From Patescibacteria group bacterium (GTDB lineage Bacteria > Patescibacteriota > Gracilibacteria > UBA1369 > UBA12470): a stretch of 64,000 nucleotides of DNA. Under the pieces are notes generated by a model. It did no database searches and was not told where the DNA came from. It saw only the letters and a program-made list of their open reading frames with translations. Positions 17,147 through 26,264 of this stretch are shown here, one piece after another (positions within the stretch are counted from its first letter, which is position 1; each line of letters starts with the position of its first letter). The position numbers were made by a program, and so were the translations under genes. Location of the stretch: assembly GCA_018816885.1 (NCBI GenBank), contig JAHIUS010000053.1:10517-74516 (forward strand), written 5' to 3'.

Positions 17147-18020
17147 ATACTGCGTCATCACAGACGAAAACATATACAATCACTACAAGGAGCTAATCCC
17201 CGGTGAGTTCGACTTAATAGTCAAAACTCCGGGAGAAAGCATCAAAACCCTTGAAAACATCGGCACAGCAGCCGAAAAACTCTTGAACCTCAGCCTAAAC
17301 CGAGAAAGCACCTTAATAGCTCTCGGAGGCGGAACTATCGGCGATTTCACAGGATTCCTCGCGTCTATTTATATGCGGGGGATCCCTTATATTCAGATCC
17401 CGACAACTCTCCTCGCCATGATCGATTCCAGTATCGGAGGAAAAACCGGCGTGAACCTGGAAGGAGGAAAAAATATGCTTGGAACCTTTTATCAGCCTCA
17501 GAAGATCATTCTGGACCCGAAATTCCTGCAAACCCTGCCAAAAAAAGAACTCCTTAACGGAATAGCAGAGACAATTAAGCACGCTTGTACTTTCGATAAG
17601 AAGCTCTTTGAATTTTTAGAAAAAAATAGTGAAAAAATCTTAGCCAAAGACAAAAAGACTCTTGCAGGACTTATAGAAAAATCTGCAACAATCAAGAAAA
17701 AAATCGTCGAAAAAGACGAAAAAGAAAAGGGCCCGCGAATGCTCTTAAACTACGGCCACACAATCGGCCACGCAGTCGAAAAAGCTTCAAGCTACAGGTT
17801 AAGCCATGGCGAAGCAGTCGCAATCGGAATACATCAAGTGAACCTCAAATTCAACTTCAAAGACACTCAAAGAATCGAAAAACTCTTAAAACTGTACAAA
17901 CTACCAACAGAGATCCCAGACTATCTCGGCAACCTTGAAAAACTGATCCAAAACGACAAAAAAAGTGGAAAATGGGTAGTTCTCGACAAAATCGGCAAAG
18001 CCAAAATCACATGCTTATAA
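17118..18020 (+). CDS. aroB: 3-dehydroquinate synthase (short, 300 aa)
   Basis: GGGTIGDFTGFLASIYMRGIPYIQIPTTLLAMIDSSIGGKTGVN, ..NYGHTIGHAVE.., ..SHGEAVAIG.. Confidence 0.88.
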   Translation: MNLRNLKKGKYCVITDENIYNHYKELIPGEFDLIVKTPGESIKTLENIGTAAEKLLNLSLNRESTLIALGGGTIGDFTGFLASIYMRGIPYIQIPTTLLAMIDSSIGGKTGVNLEGGKNMLGTFYQPQKIILDPKFLQTLPKKELLNGIAETIKHACTFDKKLFEFLEKNSEKILAKDKKTLAGLIEKSATIKKKIVEKDEKEKGPRMLLNYGHTIGHAVEKASSYRLSHGEAVAIGIHQVNLKFNFKDTQRIEKLLKLYKLPTEIPDYLGNLEKLIQNDKKSGKWVVLDKIGKAKITCL

Positions 18021-19195
18021 AAGTCCCCTCTTCGAAATCTTACACAAACCGAGCTCTTATTCTCGCAGCTCTTCGCAAAGGGAAAACCGTTATCAAAAAT
18101 CCACTCGACTGCGACGACACCAAATACATGATTCGAGCCCTCAAAAAACTCGGGATCACAGTCGAACAAAAAAATAGTTCGCAAATCACGATTACCAGCA
18201 ACGGTACGCCATTCAAAAACCCCGGCACAATCAATATCGGCAACGCCGGAACAGCAATGCGCTTCCTAACCCCTCTATTGGCTCTGCAACCTTTCACCTC
18301 AACAATAACGGGCAACTTGCGAATGCAAGAAAGACCAATGAAAGACCTGATAATAGGATTAGAGGGTGTAGGGTTTAGGATAGAGCATAAAAACTACTGT
18401 CCTCCACTCAAGATTCACGGCGACCCAACAATCAAACCTAAAAAAATTACCGTAAAAGGTTCAACAAGCAGCCAATACATCTCGGCACTACTATTAAGCT
18501 CTCCCCTACTCGGAAATCCTGAAATAAAAATCACCGACAACTTGGTCTCAAAACCTTACATCAAGATGACTCGCGACATCATCAAGAATTTCGACTCTAT
18601 GTACACAGTAGAAACCGATGCATCCTCGGCAAGTTACTTTTTCGCACTCGGAGCACTCGGATTCAACGTAAAAGTCGCAAATCTAACAAGTAAAAGCCTC
18701 CAAGCAGACATTCAAATCCTCAAGTATTTAAAGAAAATGGGCTGCAAAGTCAAAGAAGACTCTCAAGGGATCCAAGTAATAGGCCCGAAACAGCTAAAAC
18801 CCCTCGGCACAGTAGACCTAAAAGAGCTGCCGGACTCCGCAATGACCTTGTCAATCCTCTGCTGCTTCGCAAAAGGCCGCTCAACCTTGAAAGGACTCTC
18901 AAACCTAAGATTTAAAGAATGTGACCGCCTAGCAGCCCTTCAAATAGAACTCTCAAAAACAGGAGCTCGCGTCAAAGAACTGAATGATGGCCTCCAAATA
19001 TACGGAATAGAAAAAATCAAACCCTCAACTATCGCAACTTACGATGATCACAGAATGGCAATGTGCGCAGCCCTCCTTAAATCACAAGAACCAAAAACCA
19101 AGATCCAAAACCCCGGTTGCGTATCAAAAACATACCCTAATTTCTGGAACGATTTTGAAACTAGTCTCAAGTCCCAAGTACCCAGTACCAAGTAA
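18011..19195 (+). CDS. aroA: 3-phosphoshikimate 1-carboxyvinyltransferase (EPSP synthase)
   Basis: MLIKVPSSKSYTNRALILAAL.., GNAGTAMRFL, ..DHRMAM..; ATG 18011 preferred over 17972; the last codons run into a heptamer array. Confidence 0.9.
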   Translation: MLIKVPSSKSYTNRALILAALRKGKTVIKNPLDCDDTKYMIRALKKLGITVEQKNSSQITITSNGTPFKNPGTINIGNAGTAMRFLTPLLALQPFTSTITGNLRMQERPMKDLIIGLEGVGFRIEHKNYCPPLKIHGDPTIKPKKITVKGSTSSQYISALLLSSPLLGNPEIKITDNLVSKPYIKMTRDIIKNFDSMYTVETDASSASYFFALGALGFNVKVANLTSKSLQADIQILKYLKKMGCKVKEDSQGIQVIGPKQLKPLGTVDLKELPDSAMTLSILCCFAKGRSTLKGLSNLRFKECDRLAALQIELSKTGARVKELNDGLQIYGIEKIKPSTIATYDDHRMAMCAALLKSQEPKTKIQNPGCVSKTYPNFWNDFETSLKSQVPSTK

Positions 19196-19199
19196 GTAA
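19165..19199 (+). repeat. heptamer-periodic array (TCTCAAG TCCCAAG TACCCAG TACCAAG TAAGTAA) spanning the aroA stop codon
   Basis: Five consecutive 7-nt units read directly; stop TAA at 19193-19195 lies in the last unit. Confidence 0.7.
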
Positions 19200-19255
19200 A
19201 TAGTGCACAATTAAAACTAATGCAACTGATAACCAACACATTCACTACAATAGCC

Positions 19256-19272
19256 GTTTCGCCTCGCGAAAC
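19256..19272 (+). repeat. small hairpin family copy GTTTCGC-CTC-GCGAAAC followed by ACCATCAAC
   Basis: 7-bp perfect stem; preceded by box TTCACTACAAT-AGCC; see copies at 7229, 43461, 43535, 58769, 58832. Confidence 0.6.
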
Positions 19273-19281
19273 ACCATCAAC

Positions 19282-19309
19282 TTGGTACTTGGCACTTATT
19301 ACTCCTTAC
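19282..19309 (+). repeat. heptamer-periodic leader (TTGGTAC TTGGCAC TTATTAC TCCTTAC) ending 5 nt before the ATG of the MFS gene
   Basis: Four consecutive 7-nt units; inverse orientation relative to the 19165-19199 array. Confidence 0.7.
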
Positions 19310-19314
19310 TAACA

Positions 19315-20463
19315 ATGAAAAAACAACTCCCACTCCTGACAACCTTAATGAGCTCATACAAATTCAGTTTGAACTCGCTGGGATTCTTCTGGGCAATATA
19401 TTTTGCGAGCATAGGATATTCGGGAATGCAGATAGGACTCCTTTTTGCATCAGTCACAATAACAGGAATGCTTTTTACCCTTCCGACAGGGCTTACCAAT
19501 GACAGGATCCCCTCAAAAAGGATCATCCAACTCGGATTAGTTCTCTTAATCATCGAATTTATAGGATTAAGCACAACTCAATATTTTCCTGCAGTCATCT
19601 TATTAATGCTAATGGGAAGTACGGGAGGTCATATGTTCACAGTTTCGATGGACAGCCTTTTTTATAAAACCGCCGGCAAACAAAGCCCGATATACAGGAT
19701 CAAAACTTATGTCGGATTCGCTCTTTTGGCATCGGGACTGGGGGTGTTTTTCGGTGGAAACATTCTCGGATATCTGGATTTTCAAAAATACCTTCTCGTC
19801 GTTGCCGGACTCTTAACACTTCTGTTAATAGGCTCCACACTTCTGCCAAAAACCGACACATTCAAGTTCGACATTTTAAACTACAAACAAGATATATTTA
19901 AACCTCATATACTACTCTTCATAAGCATAATCTTCTGCTTTGCGATACACATGGGATCGGAACTCACATCTTACGGTCCATTTTTAAGAGAAAACTTAGG
20001 ACTCTCATTCCCTCAAATGGGACTTTATATGGGAGCAGCAATCGCTACAATGTTCATTTCAATACGAATATCCGCAAAAGCGGTAGAAAAAGGCGTAAAA
20101 ATGCAAAAAATCGTCACTCTGGGACTTCTAACATCAGGAATCGGCTACTTAATTATGTTAAACAGCTTTATCCCCATCTCATTCGCAGGAAGAGTGATCC
20201 ATGAGGCGGGAGACGCTATGATGTTCGTCTTTTTGTACATGGGAGTTTCGGAATTTTTCAAAAAAGAACGCGTCGGCGGCAACTCCGGCTTAATCACATT
20301 CACTCAAATGTCCGGAATACTAACAGGTTCTCTGATTTTCGGACCTGTCGGAGCAGCATATGGCTATCAAGTACCAATCATAATCAGCTCAATTACAACC
20401 TTATTAGCATTACTTTTATTAAAAGAGTATGAAAAACATTATATTAACAGGAATGCGAGGTAG
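19315..20463 (+). CDS. MFS-type transporter embedded in the shikimate gene cluster
   Basis: About 12 hydrophobic segments, typical MFS loop ..TGLTNDRIPSKR..; ATG 19315 (MKKQLPLL) preferred over TTG 19282. Confidence 0.75.
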   Translation: MKKQLPLLTTLMSSYKFSLNSLGFFWAIYFASIGYSGMQIGLLFASVTITGMLFTLPTGLTNDRIPSKRIIQLGLVLLIIEFIGLSTTQYFPAVILLMLMGSTGGHMFTVSMDSLFYKTAGKQSPIYRIKTYVGFALLASGLGVFFGGNILGYLDFQKYLLVVAGLLTLLLIGSTLLPKTDTFKFDILNYKQDIFKPHILLFISIIFCFAIHMGSELTSYGPFLRENLGLSFPQMGLYMGAAIATMFISIRISAKAVEKGVKMQKIVTLGLLTSGIGYLIMLNSFIPISFAGRVIHEAGDAMMFVFLYMGVSEFFKKERVGGNSGLITFTQMSGILTGSLIFGPVGAAYGYQVPIIISSITTLLALLLLKEYEKHYINRNAR

Positions 20464-20968
20464 CGGAAAAAGCACCCTCGGCAAACTTCTCGCAGCAAAA
20501 CTCGGAAAAGATTTCATCGATCTGGACGACTACATCGAGAAATCAGCATCCGGTAAAATCGCAGAACTTGTGCGCGAACATGGCTGGGATCACTTCCGGG
20601 AATTGGAGAAAAAAGCCGCCCAAGAAATGGCTCAAAAAGACAACCTCGTAATAGCAACCGGCGGCGGCACATTCCTAGACCCGGAAAACACCTCAAACCT
20701 CAAGAAAAACGGCTTCGTAATCCTATTAACGGCGGATATAGAAAAGCTCGCGGAAAGGATCGAGTTCGACGAAAATCGACCTCCTTTAACAGATCATAAA
20801 GACCTCATCGCAGAACTCAAGCAACTCTGGAAACAGCGCAAAGAAATCTACCTTGGTTGCGCAGATCTAACCTACGACACATCTCAGGATCTAGACCCAA
20901 CTTCTAAGGTTGATGAGCTGATGGAACTTATAGCCTTACATCCCGCTTGTATGCGATGGAAAGAATAA
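20429..20968 (+). CDS. aroK: shikimate kinase
   Basis: P-loop GMRGSGKST, ..DLDDYIE.., ..ATGGG.. motifs; overlaps the MFS gene end by 35 nt. Confidence 0.88.
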   Translation: MKNIILTGMRGSGKSTLGKLLAAKLGKDFIDLDDYIEKSASGKIAELVREHGWDHFRELEKKAAQEMAQKDNLVIATGGGTFLDPENTSNLKKNGFVILLTADIEKLAERIEFDENRPPLTDHKDLIAELKQLWKQRKEIYLGCADLTYDTSQDLDPTSKVDELMELIALHPACMRWKE

Positions 20969-21928
20969 TGTCATTATCGATTCTTGGGCCTCTTTATTGC
21001 CTTCTATAGCCTGTATCTCAGAACTTATTAATTCTCTCGATGAACTAAGACCCTCTACAAAATAATGGGTCACGTTATATCCTATACCATATTCTACTAT
21101 GACTTTTTCGGCATTCGTATTACCTATTGCAGTTGTAGCTTCCTCAATTAATTCTACATCTTCTGCTTTTATTTCCTCGATTCTTGCATCAACATCATCA
21201 ACTAATTTTATAAAGAATCCATCAGCCCAAAAATCCGAATCAGGACCAACCCAAACAATTCCTTCTTCATATCCTTCTGTTACAAGTTTATATCCTTCAG
21301 GTATATCTATATAAAATCCATAAGTATCAGATATATAATCCTCTGCGCTAATTACAGAACCCTCCTCCAAATACCCCCTAATCTGCTCAGAGAACTCAAC
21401 ACAAACCATGAAATCATCATACCGGGAGTCATCCTCATCAGGAGCCCATCCTGAAGAGCATTGTGCATATCCCCAGACAAGATGAGTCTCATAAGCTTTT
21501 AAAGGACCTTCACACCCTACTCCACCACAACAAACTGCCAATTCATCAAACTCAGCCATCGTGAGCCCATCAATGTTAGGTGTACCGTAAAGAGTAAAGT
21601 AAGAACCTTCATCGCCATAAGACAACTTCAACTCTTTTATCCCACCTTCTTCAGCAGTCTTAATAACAGCATCTAAATTTTCATCTATACCTTCACAACT
21701 AAGCTCAATCTTAGTTTTTTCAGATTCAGAATAAGCACTAAAATCATCAATCATAAACAAAATCTGCGGATAAGAGTCATTTCTGGCCTCTACTTCCTCC
21801 TGAAAAGCTCCATCATCACATCCCCCTTCACACATCTCTTCCTCCCAAGCCCCTGAAACATACTTCCAGCCGATGTACCCTCCACCCGCAAACACCAAAA
21901 CAAGCAACAAAACAAGTAACTTTTTCAT
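20936..21928 (-). CDS. hypothetical membrane-anchored/secreted acidic Cys-containing protein
   Basis: N-terminal hydrophobic segment MKKLLVLLLVLVFAGGG; no recognisable family. Confidence 0.55.
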   Translation of the reverse strand: MKKLLVLLLVLVFAGGGYIGWKYVSGAWEEEMCEGGCDDGAFQEEVEARNDSYPQILFMIDDFSAYSESEKTKIELSCEGIDENLDAVIKTAEEGGIKELKLSYGDEGSYFTLYGTPNIDGLTMAEFDELAVCCGGVGCEGPLKAYETHLVWGYAQCSSGWAPDEDDSRYDDFMVCVEFSEQIRGYLEEGSVISAEDYISDTYGFYIDIPEGYKLVTEGYEEGIVWVGPDSDFWADGFFIKLVDDVDARIEEIKAEDVELIEEATTAIGNTNAEKVIVEYGIGYNVTHYFVEGLSSSRELISSEIQAIEGNKEAQESIMTLFFPSHTSGM

Positions 21929-21947
21929 AACAATATAAGGTTAAATC

Positions 21948-22562
21948 TTAAAGAACTCTAAAACTGTTAATTATAGCTGTGACATTCTCATCATACACAT
22001 TTTCAGACACCAAACATTCAGCTTCCATTCCTTCTTCAGCCTCGGCATATTCGGTACATTTGGTAGCGGTGGCAGAAGCAGCATAATAATACTCATACTC
22101 GGAAGATTGAGCCAAATAAGTTTTGGTTCCATTCAAAACATCACCACGCCCCAACTCAACAACAACAAGATAGAAGAAGTGATCCACATCATTAACGGGT
22201 CTCCAATAAAAAGTTTTAGCAACACCATCCAAAACCGCATCACCCAAATTCCTTTCAATCTCTTCCGTATCACCCCAAGCAACAGGGATACCTAAAGAAA
22301 ATCCATAAGTCACATCATTATAATTCGAAGGAACTATATTAAAAGTAGGTGGAGCTGCGGGCACATCCGCTACAACAACCTCTTCTGCGATGACCACCTC
22401 AGCCACCTCTTCCACTTCAGCGCCATCAACAGCCACCTCTTCCGCAATCTCAGTATCTTTTTCACCTTCAACCCCGCAATAAAAATCACATTCATTGAAA
22501 AACACATACCCAGCAAAAATCAGGACAACTAACGAAATCAAAACGATCGGATTTTTTTTCAT
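21948..22562 (-). CDS. hypothetical membrane-anchored/secreted protein
   Basis: N-terminal hydrophobic segment PIVLISLVVLIFAGYVFF, acidic Val/Glu-rich linker, C-terminal beta-rich domain (TYGFSLGIP..). Confidence 0.55.
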   Translation of the reverse strand: MKKNPIVLISLVVLIFAGYVFFNECDFYCGVEGEKDTEIAEEVAVDGAEVEEVAEVVIAEEVVVADVPAAPPTFNIVPSNYNDVTYGFSLGIPVAWGDTEEIERNLGDAVLDGVAKTFYWRPVNDVDHFFYLVVVELGRGDVLNGTKTYLAQSSEYEYYYAASATATKCTEYAEAEEGMEAECLVSENVYDENVTAIINSFRVL

Positions 22563-22618
22563 TTTTTTGTTTATTAAAAGATAAATCCAGAAAAATTATA
22601 CATATCTTATGAAAAACA

Positions 22619-23869
22619 TCAAACCGATACCCGAAGAAGACCACCTTCAAACCCCTCACCATCCATCAAAAACACTCGATCCCCATCTCCACCATGAACC
22701 ACTTCTTGAGCCTCGCCTGAAACTTTTCGCATCTCTTTAACCTCCAATGCAACAACTTTATCGGGCAAAACAATCTCGATCTCTCCCCCATCAAACCTGT
22801 TTTTCACATCCACAAGCCACTGCCCATCAGCAATTTCGCGCTTAACAATCCCGATAAACCTAGCCTTGGAAATCGCCAAATTCTCCTCATACCGCATCGA
22901 AAACTCCTTCAAATCCCCTTTCAAAAACCCCGGAGTATAACCACGAGAAGAGATCTTGTAAATTTCCTCCATCATTTCCTCTTTGAACCCGTTATCAATC
23001 GCATCACGATAAAGCCGACAAACAGACGCAACATAATACGCAGTCTTACTTCTGCCCTCGATTTTGAAAGCATCAACCCCTATATCCGCAAGCTCCGCAA
23101 CATAAGGCAGCAGACAAATATCTCTCGCATTCATGATATAAGTCCCATGCTCATCTTCAGAAATCGGCATGTACTCCCCGGGCCTCATACTCTCTTCCAG
23201 AACGATATTTTTTCCTTTTAAATCTAAAGCATCCGCAGAAGGCTTTTCCTCTAAAAGCTTATACTTAAACCGACAAGCCTGGGCGCAAGCACCCTGATTA
23301 GGATCCCGATAACACATGTAGTTGGATAAAAGACATCTACCGCTATAAGCCACACAAATAGCCCCGTGAACAAAAACTTCAAGCTCAACTTCAGGAACCT
23401 GTTTCTTGATCTCGGCAATCTCCTCAATATGGAGTTCCCTCGGTAGAACAACCCTCGTAACCCCTTGTTCATACCAAAACCTCACAGACCGATAATTAAC
23501 AGCATTAGCCTGGACAGAAAGATGAATTCGAGCCTCCGGCCAAACCTCTTTGATCACAGAAATCACTCCCGGATCAGCCGCAATCAGCGCATCCGGCTTA
23601 ACCTCATCGGCAAGCCATTTAACATGCCCCTCAAAAGCCGAAATCTTCGCATTATGAGGATAAATATTGGTCGTTACGAAATATTTCTTATTGAGTTCCC
23701 TCGCAAGCTCTCTCCCTTCCAGAATCTCTTCTTGCTCCTTGAATTTGGTGGTTTTTGATCTCAAAGAAAAAGCCGGCATCCCGACATAACAAGCGTCGGC
23801 ACCATATCTGTAAGCGTATTGTAATTTTTGCAGATCACCAGCAGGGGCGACCAATTCAGGTTTTTGCAT
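22619..23869 (-). CDS. peptidase U32 family protein (RlhA/TrhP/UbiU-type)
   Basis: MQKPELVAPAGDLQKLQYAYRYGADACYVG.. canonical U32 N-terminus; Cys cluster ..CVAYSGRCLLSNYMCYRDPNQGACAQACR.. Confidence 0.88.
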   Translation of the reverse strand: MQKPELVAPAGDLQKLQYAYRYGADACYVGMPAFSLRSKTTKFKEQEEILEGRELARELNKKYFVTTNIYPHNAKISAFEGHVKWLADEVKPDALIAADPGVISVIKEVWPEARIHLSVQANAVNYRSVRFWYEQGVTRVVLPRELHIEEIAEIKKQVPEVELEVFVHGAICVAYSGRCLLSNYMCYRDPNQGACAQACRFKYKLLEEKPSADALDLKGKNIVLEESMRPGEYMPISEDEHGTYIMNARDICLLPYVAELADIGVDAFKIEGRSKTAYYVASVCRLYRDAIDNGFKEEMMEEIYKISSRGYTPGFLKGDLKEFSMRYEENLAISKARFIGIVKREIADGQWLVDVKNRFDGGEIEIVLPDKVVALEVKEMRKVSGEAQEVVHGGDGDRVFLMDGEGFEGGLLRVSV

Positions 23870-23954
23870 ATTTTAAAAAGCCTTATTCCAAGTAAAGCGT
23901 GAAAAAACTACCACCCTTAGACAAATCCCGCAACTCAAACTATAATTCCCGCGC

Positions 23955-25070
23955 ATGAAAACAGATTTCCTCATTATCGGGTCAGGAGCAGCAGGGTTGA
24001 ACTTCGCCCTGCATGCCGCCAAATACGGGCAAGTGCTTTTGATAACAAAAAAGAAACTCAAAGACTCCGCAAGTTGGCACGCACAAGGAGGAATAGCAGC
24101 AGTTTTAGACCCGAAAGACAGCCTGCAAAACCACATAAACGACACCTTAAAAGCCGGCCACTACAAAAACAAGAAATCAGCAGTAGAAAAGCTCATCAAA
24201 GGAGCCCCAAAAGCAATTGCACACCTGGAATCCCTCGGAGTAAAATTCGATACAACCCCCAGAAAAGAAGGCTGCCACAGTCATCGCAGAATCAGAAGCG
24301 TTGCCGACCACACTGGCAAAACGGTAATCCAAGCTTTAATCAAAGCTGCCTCCAAAGAGCCAAATATCAAAATCCTGGAAAACACTCGAGCCCTCAAATT
24401 ACTCAAGAGCAAAGGAAAAATCATCGGCATAACCACAACTGGCGAACAAAAAATTTATGCAAAAGCGGTAATCCTCGCAACAGGAGGAATCGGCCAAAAA
24501 TTCCCCAAAACAACCAACCCGAAAACCTCAACCGGAGACGGAATAGACCTGGCCCAAGAAGCGGGAGCAAAACTAATGGACATGGATTGCGTCCAATTCC
24601 ACCCAACAGTCCTCTCCTCCCCCGACAAACCGCCATTCATGATTTCAGAAAGCCTTCGAGGAGAAGGCGCAAAAATAGTCGATGAAAACGGTAAAAGATT
24701 CATCAATGAACTCGAGCCACGCGACATAATCTGCGAGGCCATGAACAAAAAAATTGCACAAGGACACTCAATCTACCTCGACATCACCCACAAAAACCCC
24801 GACTGGATCCGCAAACAGTTCCCATACATCGAAAAAACACTCAAAAAACATGGATTCGACCTCACAACGAACAGAATCCCCATCGCCCCAGCCGCCCACT
24901 ACCTCTGCGGCGGAATCGCAACAGACCTGTCAGGCCGCACTTCCCTCCCGGGTTTATACGCATACGGCGAAGTCGCCAGAACAGGAGCGCACGGGCATAA
25001 CAGGCTCGCCTCAAATTCGCTGTTGGAATGTCTTGTTTTCACAATGGATGTGCCGAAAGAGCTACAGTGA
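23955..25070 (+). CDS. nadB: L-aspartate oxidase-like FAD flavoprotein lacking the C-terminal helical domain
   Basis: FLIIGSGAAGL dinucleotide fold, ..WAQGGIAAV-like SWHAQGGIAAV.., ..HPT.., ..RGEGA.., ..HGHNRLASNSLLE..; 371 aa versus about 530 for typical NadB, and the stop is only 63 nt from the convergent prfA. Confidence 0.7.
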   Translation: MKTDFLIIGSGAAGLNFALHAAKYGQVLLITKKKLKDSASWHAQGGIAAVLDPKDSLQNHINDTLKAGHYKNKKSAVEKLIKGAPKAIAHLESLGVKFDTTPRKEGCHSHRRIRSVADHTGKTVIQALIKAASKEPNIKILENTRALKLLKSKGKIIGITTTGEQKIYAKAVILATGGIGQKFPKTTNPKTSTGDGIDLAQEAGAKLMDMDCVQFHPTVLSSPDKPPFMISESLRGEGAKIVDENGKRFINELEPRDIICEAMNKKIAQGHSIYLDITHKNPDWIRKQFPYIEKTLKKHGFDLTTNRIPIAPAAHYLCGGIATDLSGRTSLPGLYAYGEVARTGAHGHNRLASNSLLECLVFTMDVPKELQ

Positions 25071-25133
25071 TATCCGGGTAGCATTTGACGATGCAGAAAA
25101 ATCACTGCACCACAAACCATCCGCCATAAGCCA

Positions 25134-26195
25134 TCACCCACCGGTCATCTTCTTCGCTTGATCCTCCATCGTCAATTTATCGATAATATCACCTATATCC
25201 CCACTCATTATCCCGGGAAGATTGCTAAAATTCTCCTTAATCCTATGATCTGTAACCCTGTCTTGAGGGAAATTATAAGTTCTGATCTTTTCACTTCTGT
25301 CGCCGGATCCGATCTGCGATAAACGAACCTCGCCAAGCTCTTTGGCACGCTTCTCTTCCTCGGCAGCATAAACTCGAGCACGCAAGATACCCATCGCCTT
25401 GTTCTTGTTTTTAAGCTGGGACTTTTCATCCTGGCAAGCAACAACAACCCCGGAAGGCACATGAGTTATCCGAACGGCCGAATCGGTAGTATTAACAGAT
25501 TGGCCACCACATCCTTGAGCCCGAAAAACATCGATCCGCAAATCCTCATCCTTTATCTGAACATCAATATCCTCAACCTCAGGCAAAACAGCAACAGAAG
25601 CGGCAGAAGTATGCACCCGCCCTTGGCTTTCCGTAACCGGAATACGCTGAACTCGATGAACACCGCTTTCATACTTCATTCGACCATAAGCGGAGTCGCC
25701 CAAAACCTTAAAAAAAACCTCTTTAATCCCATGATCACTTTCACTTTTCGAAAGAAGCTCAATCGCAAACCCATCGCTCTCGACAAACTTCATATACATC
25801 CTCATAAGCTCCTCCGCAAACAAACTCGCCTCCTCACCCCCGGCACCGGCCCGAATCTCCATAATACAATTCTTCGAGTCATTAGGGTCTTTCGGCAAAA
25901 GTTCAACCTTAAGTTCTTCCTCCAGCTCATCCTTCCGATCTTTGGAACCCTTAAGCTCCTCCTTCGCCATCTCCAGAACCTCATCATCCTTTTCATTAGC
26001 CAAAATCTCTTCCGCCCCCTCGAGATTCGCAACAACTTGTTTATATTCCCGAAAAAGTTCTACCGCCTTAGTTAAATCCTTCCTTTTTCGCATCAACTTC
26101 ACATATTCATCCTGATTCGCAATAATTGCCGGAGCAGAAAGTTTCTTTTCAATATCCAGAAATTCGTCCTCTAATTTTTGCAATTTATCAATCAT
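25134..26195 (-). CDS. prfA: peptide chain release factor 1
   Basis: PVT tripeptide ([14 protein letters not shown]) and GGQ motif (GCGGQSVNT). Confidence 0.95.
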   Translation of the reverse strand: MIDKLQKLEDEFLDIEKKLSAPAIIANQDEYVKLMRKRKDLTKAVELFREYKQVVANLEGAEEILANEKDDEVLEMAKEELKGSKDRKDELEEELKVELLPKDPNDSKNCIMEIRAGAGGEEASLFAEELMRMYMKFVESDGFAIELLSKSESDHGIKEVFFKVLGDSAYGRMKYESGVHRVQRIPVTESQGRVHTSAASVAVLPEVEDIDVQIKDEDLRIDVFRAQGCGGQSVNTTDSAVRITHVPSGVVVACQDEKSQLKNKNKAMGILRARVYAAEEEKRAKELGEVRLSQIGSGDRSEKIRTYNFPQDRVTDHRIKENFSNLPGIMSGDIGDIIDKLTMEDQAKKMTGG

Positions 26196-26229
26196 ATTAT
26201 TTGCATCTTAACATTTAAAAATCAAAACC

Positions 26230-26264
26230 TCTAGAGTCTAGGGTCTAATATCTAGAGTCTAACA
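26230..26264 (+). repeat. TCTAnnn x5 heptamer array (TCTAGAG TCTAGGG TCTAATA TCTAGAG TCTAACA) between prfA and prmC
   Basis: Read directly; overlaps the last codons and stop of prmC (26252). Confidence 0.75.
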
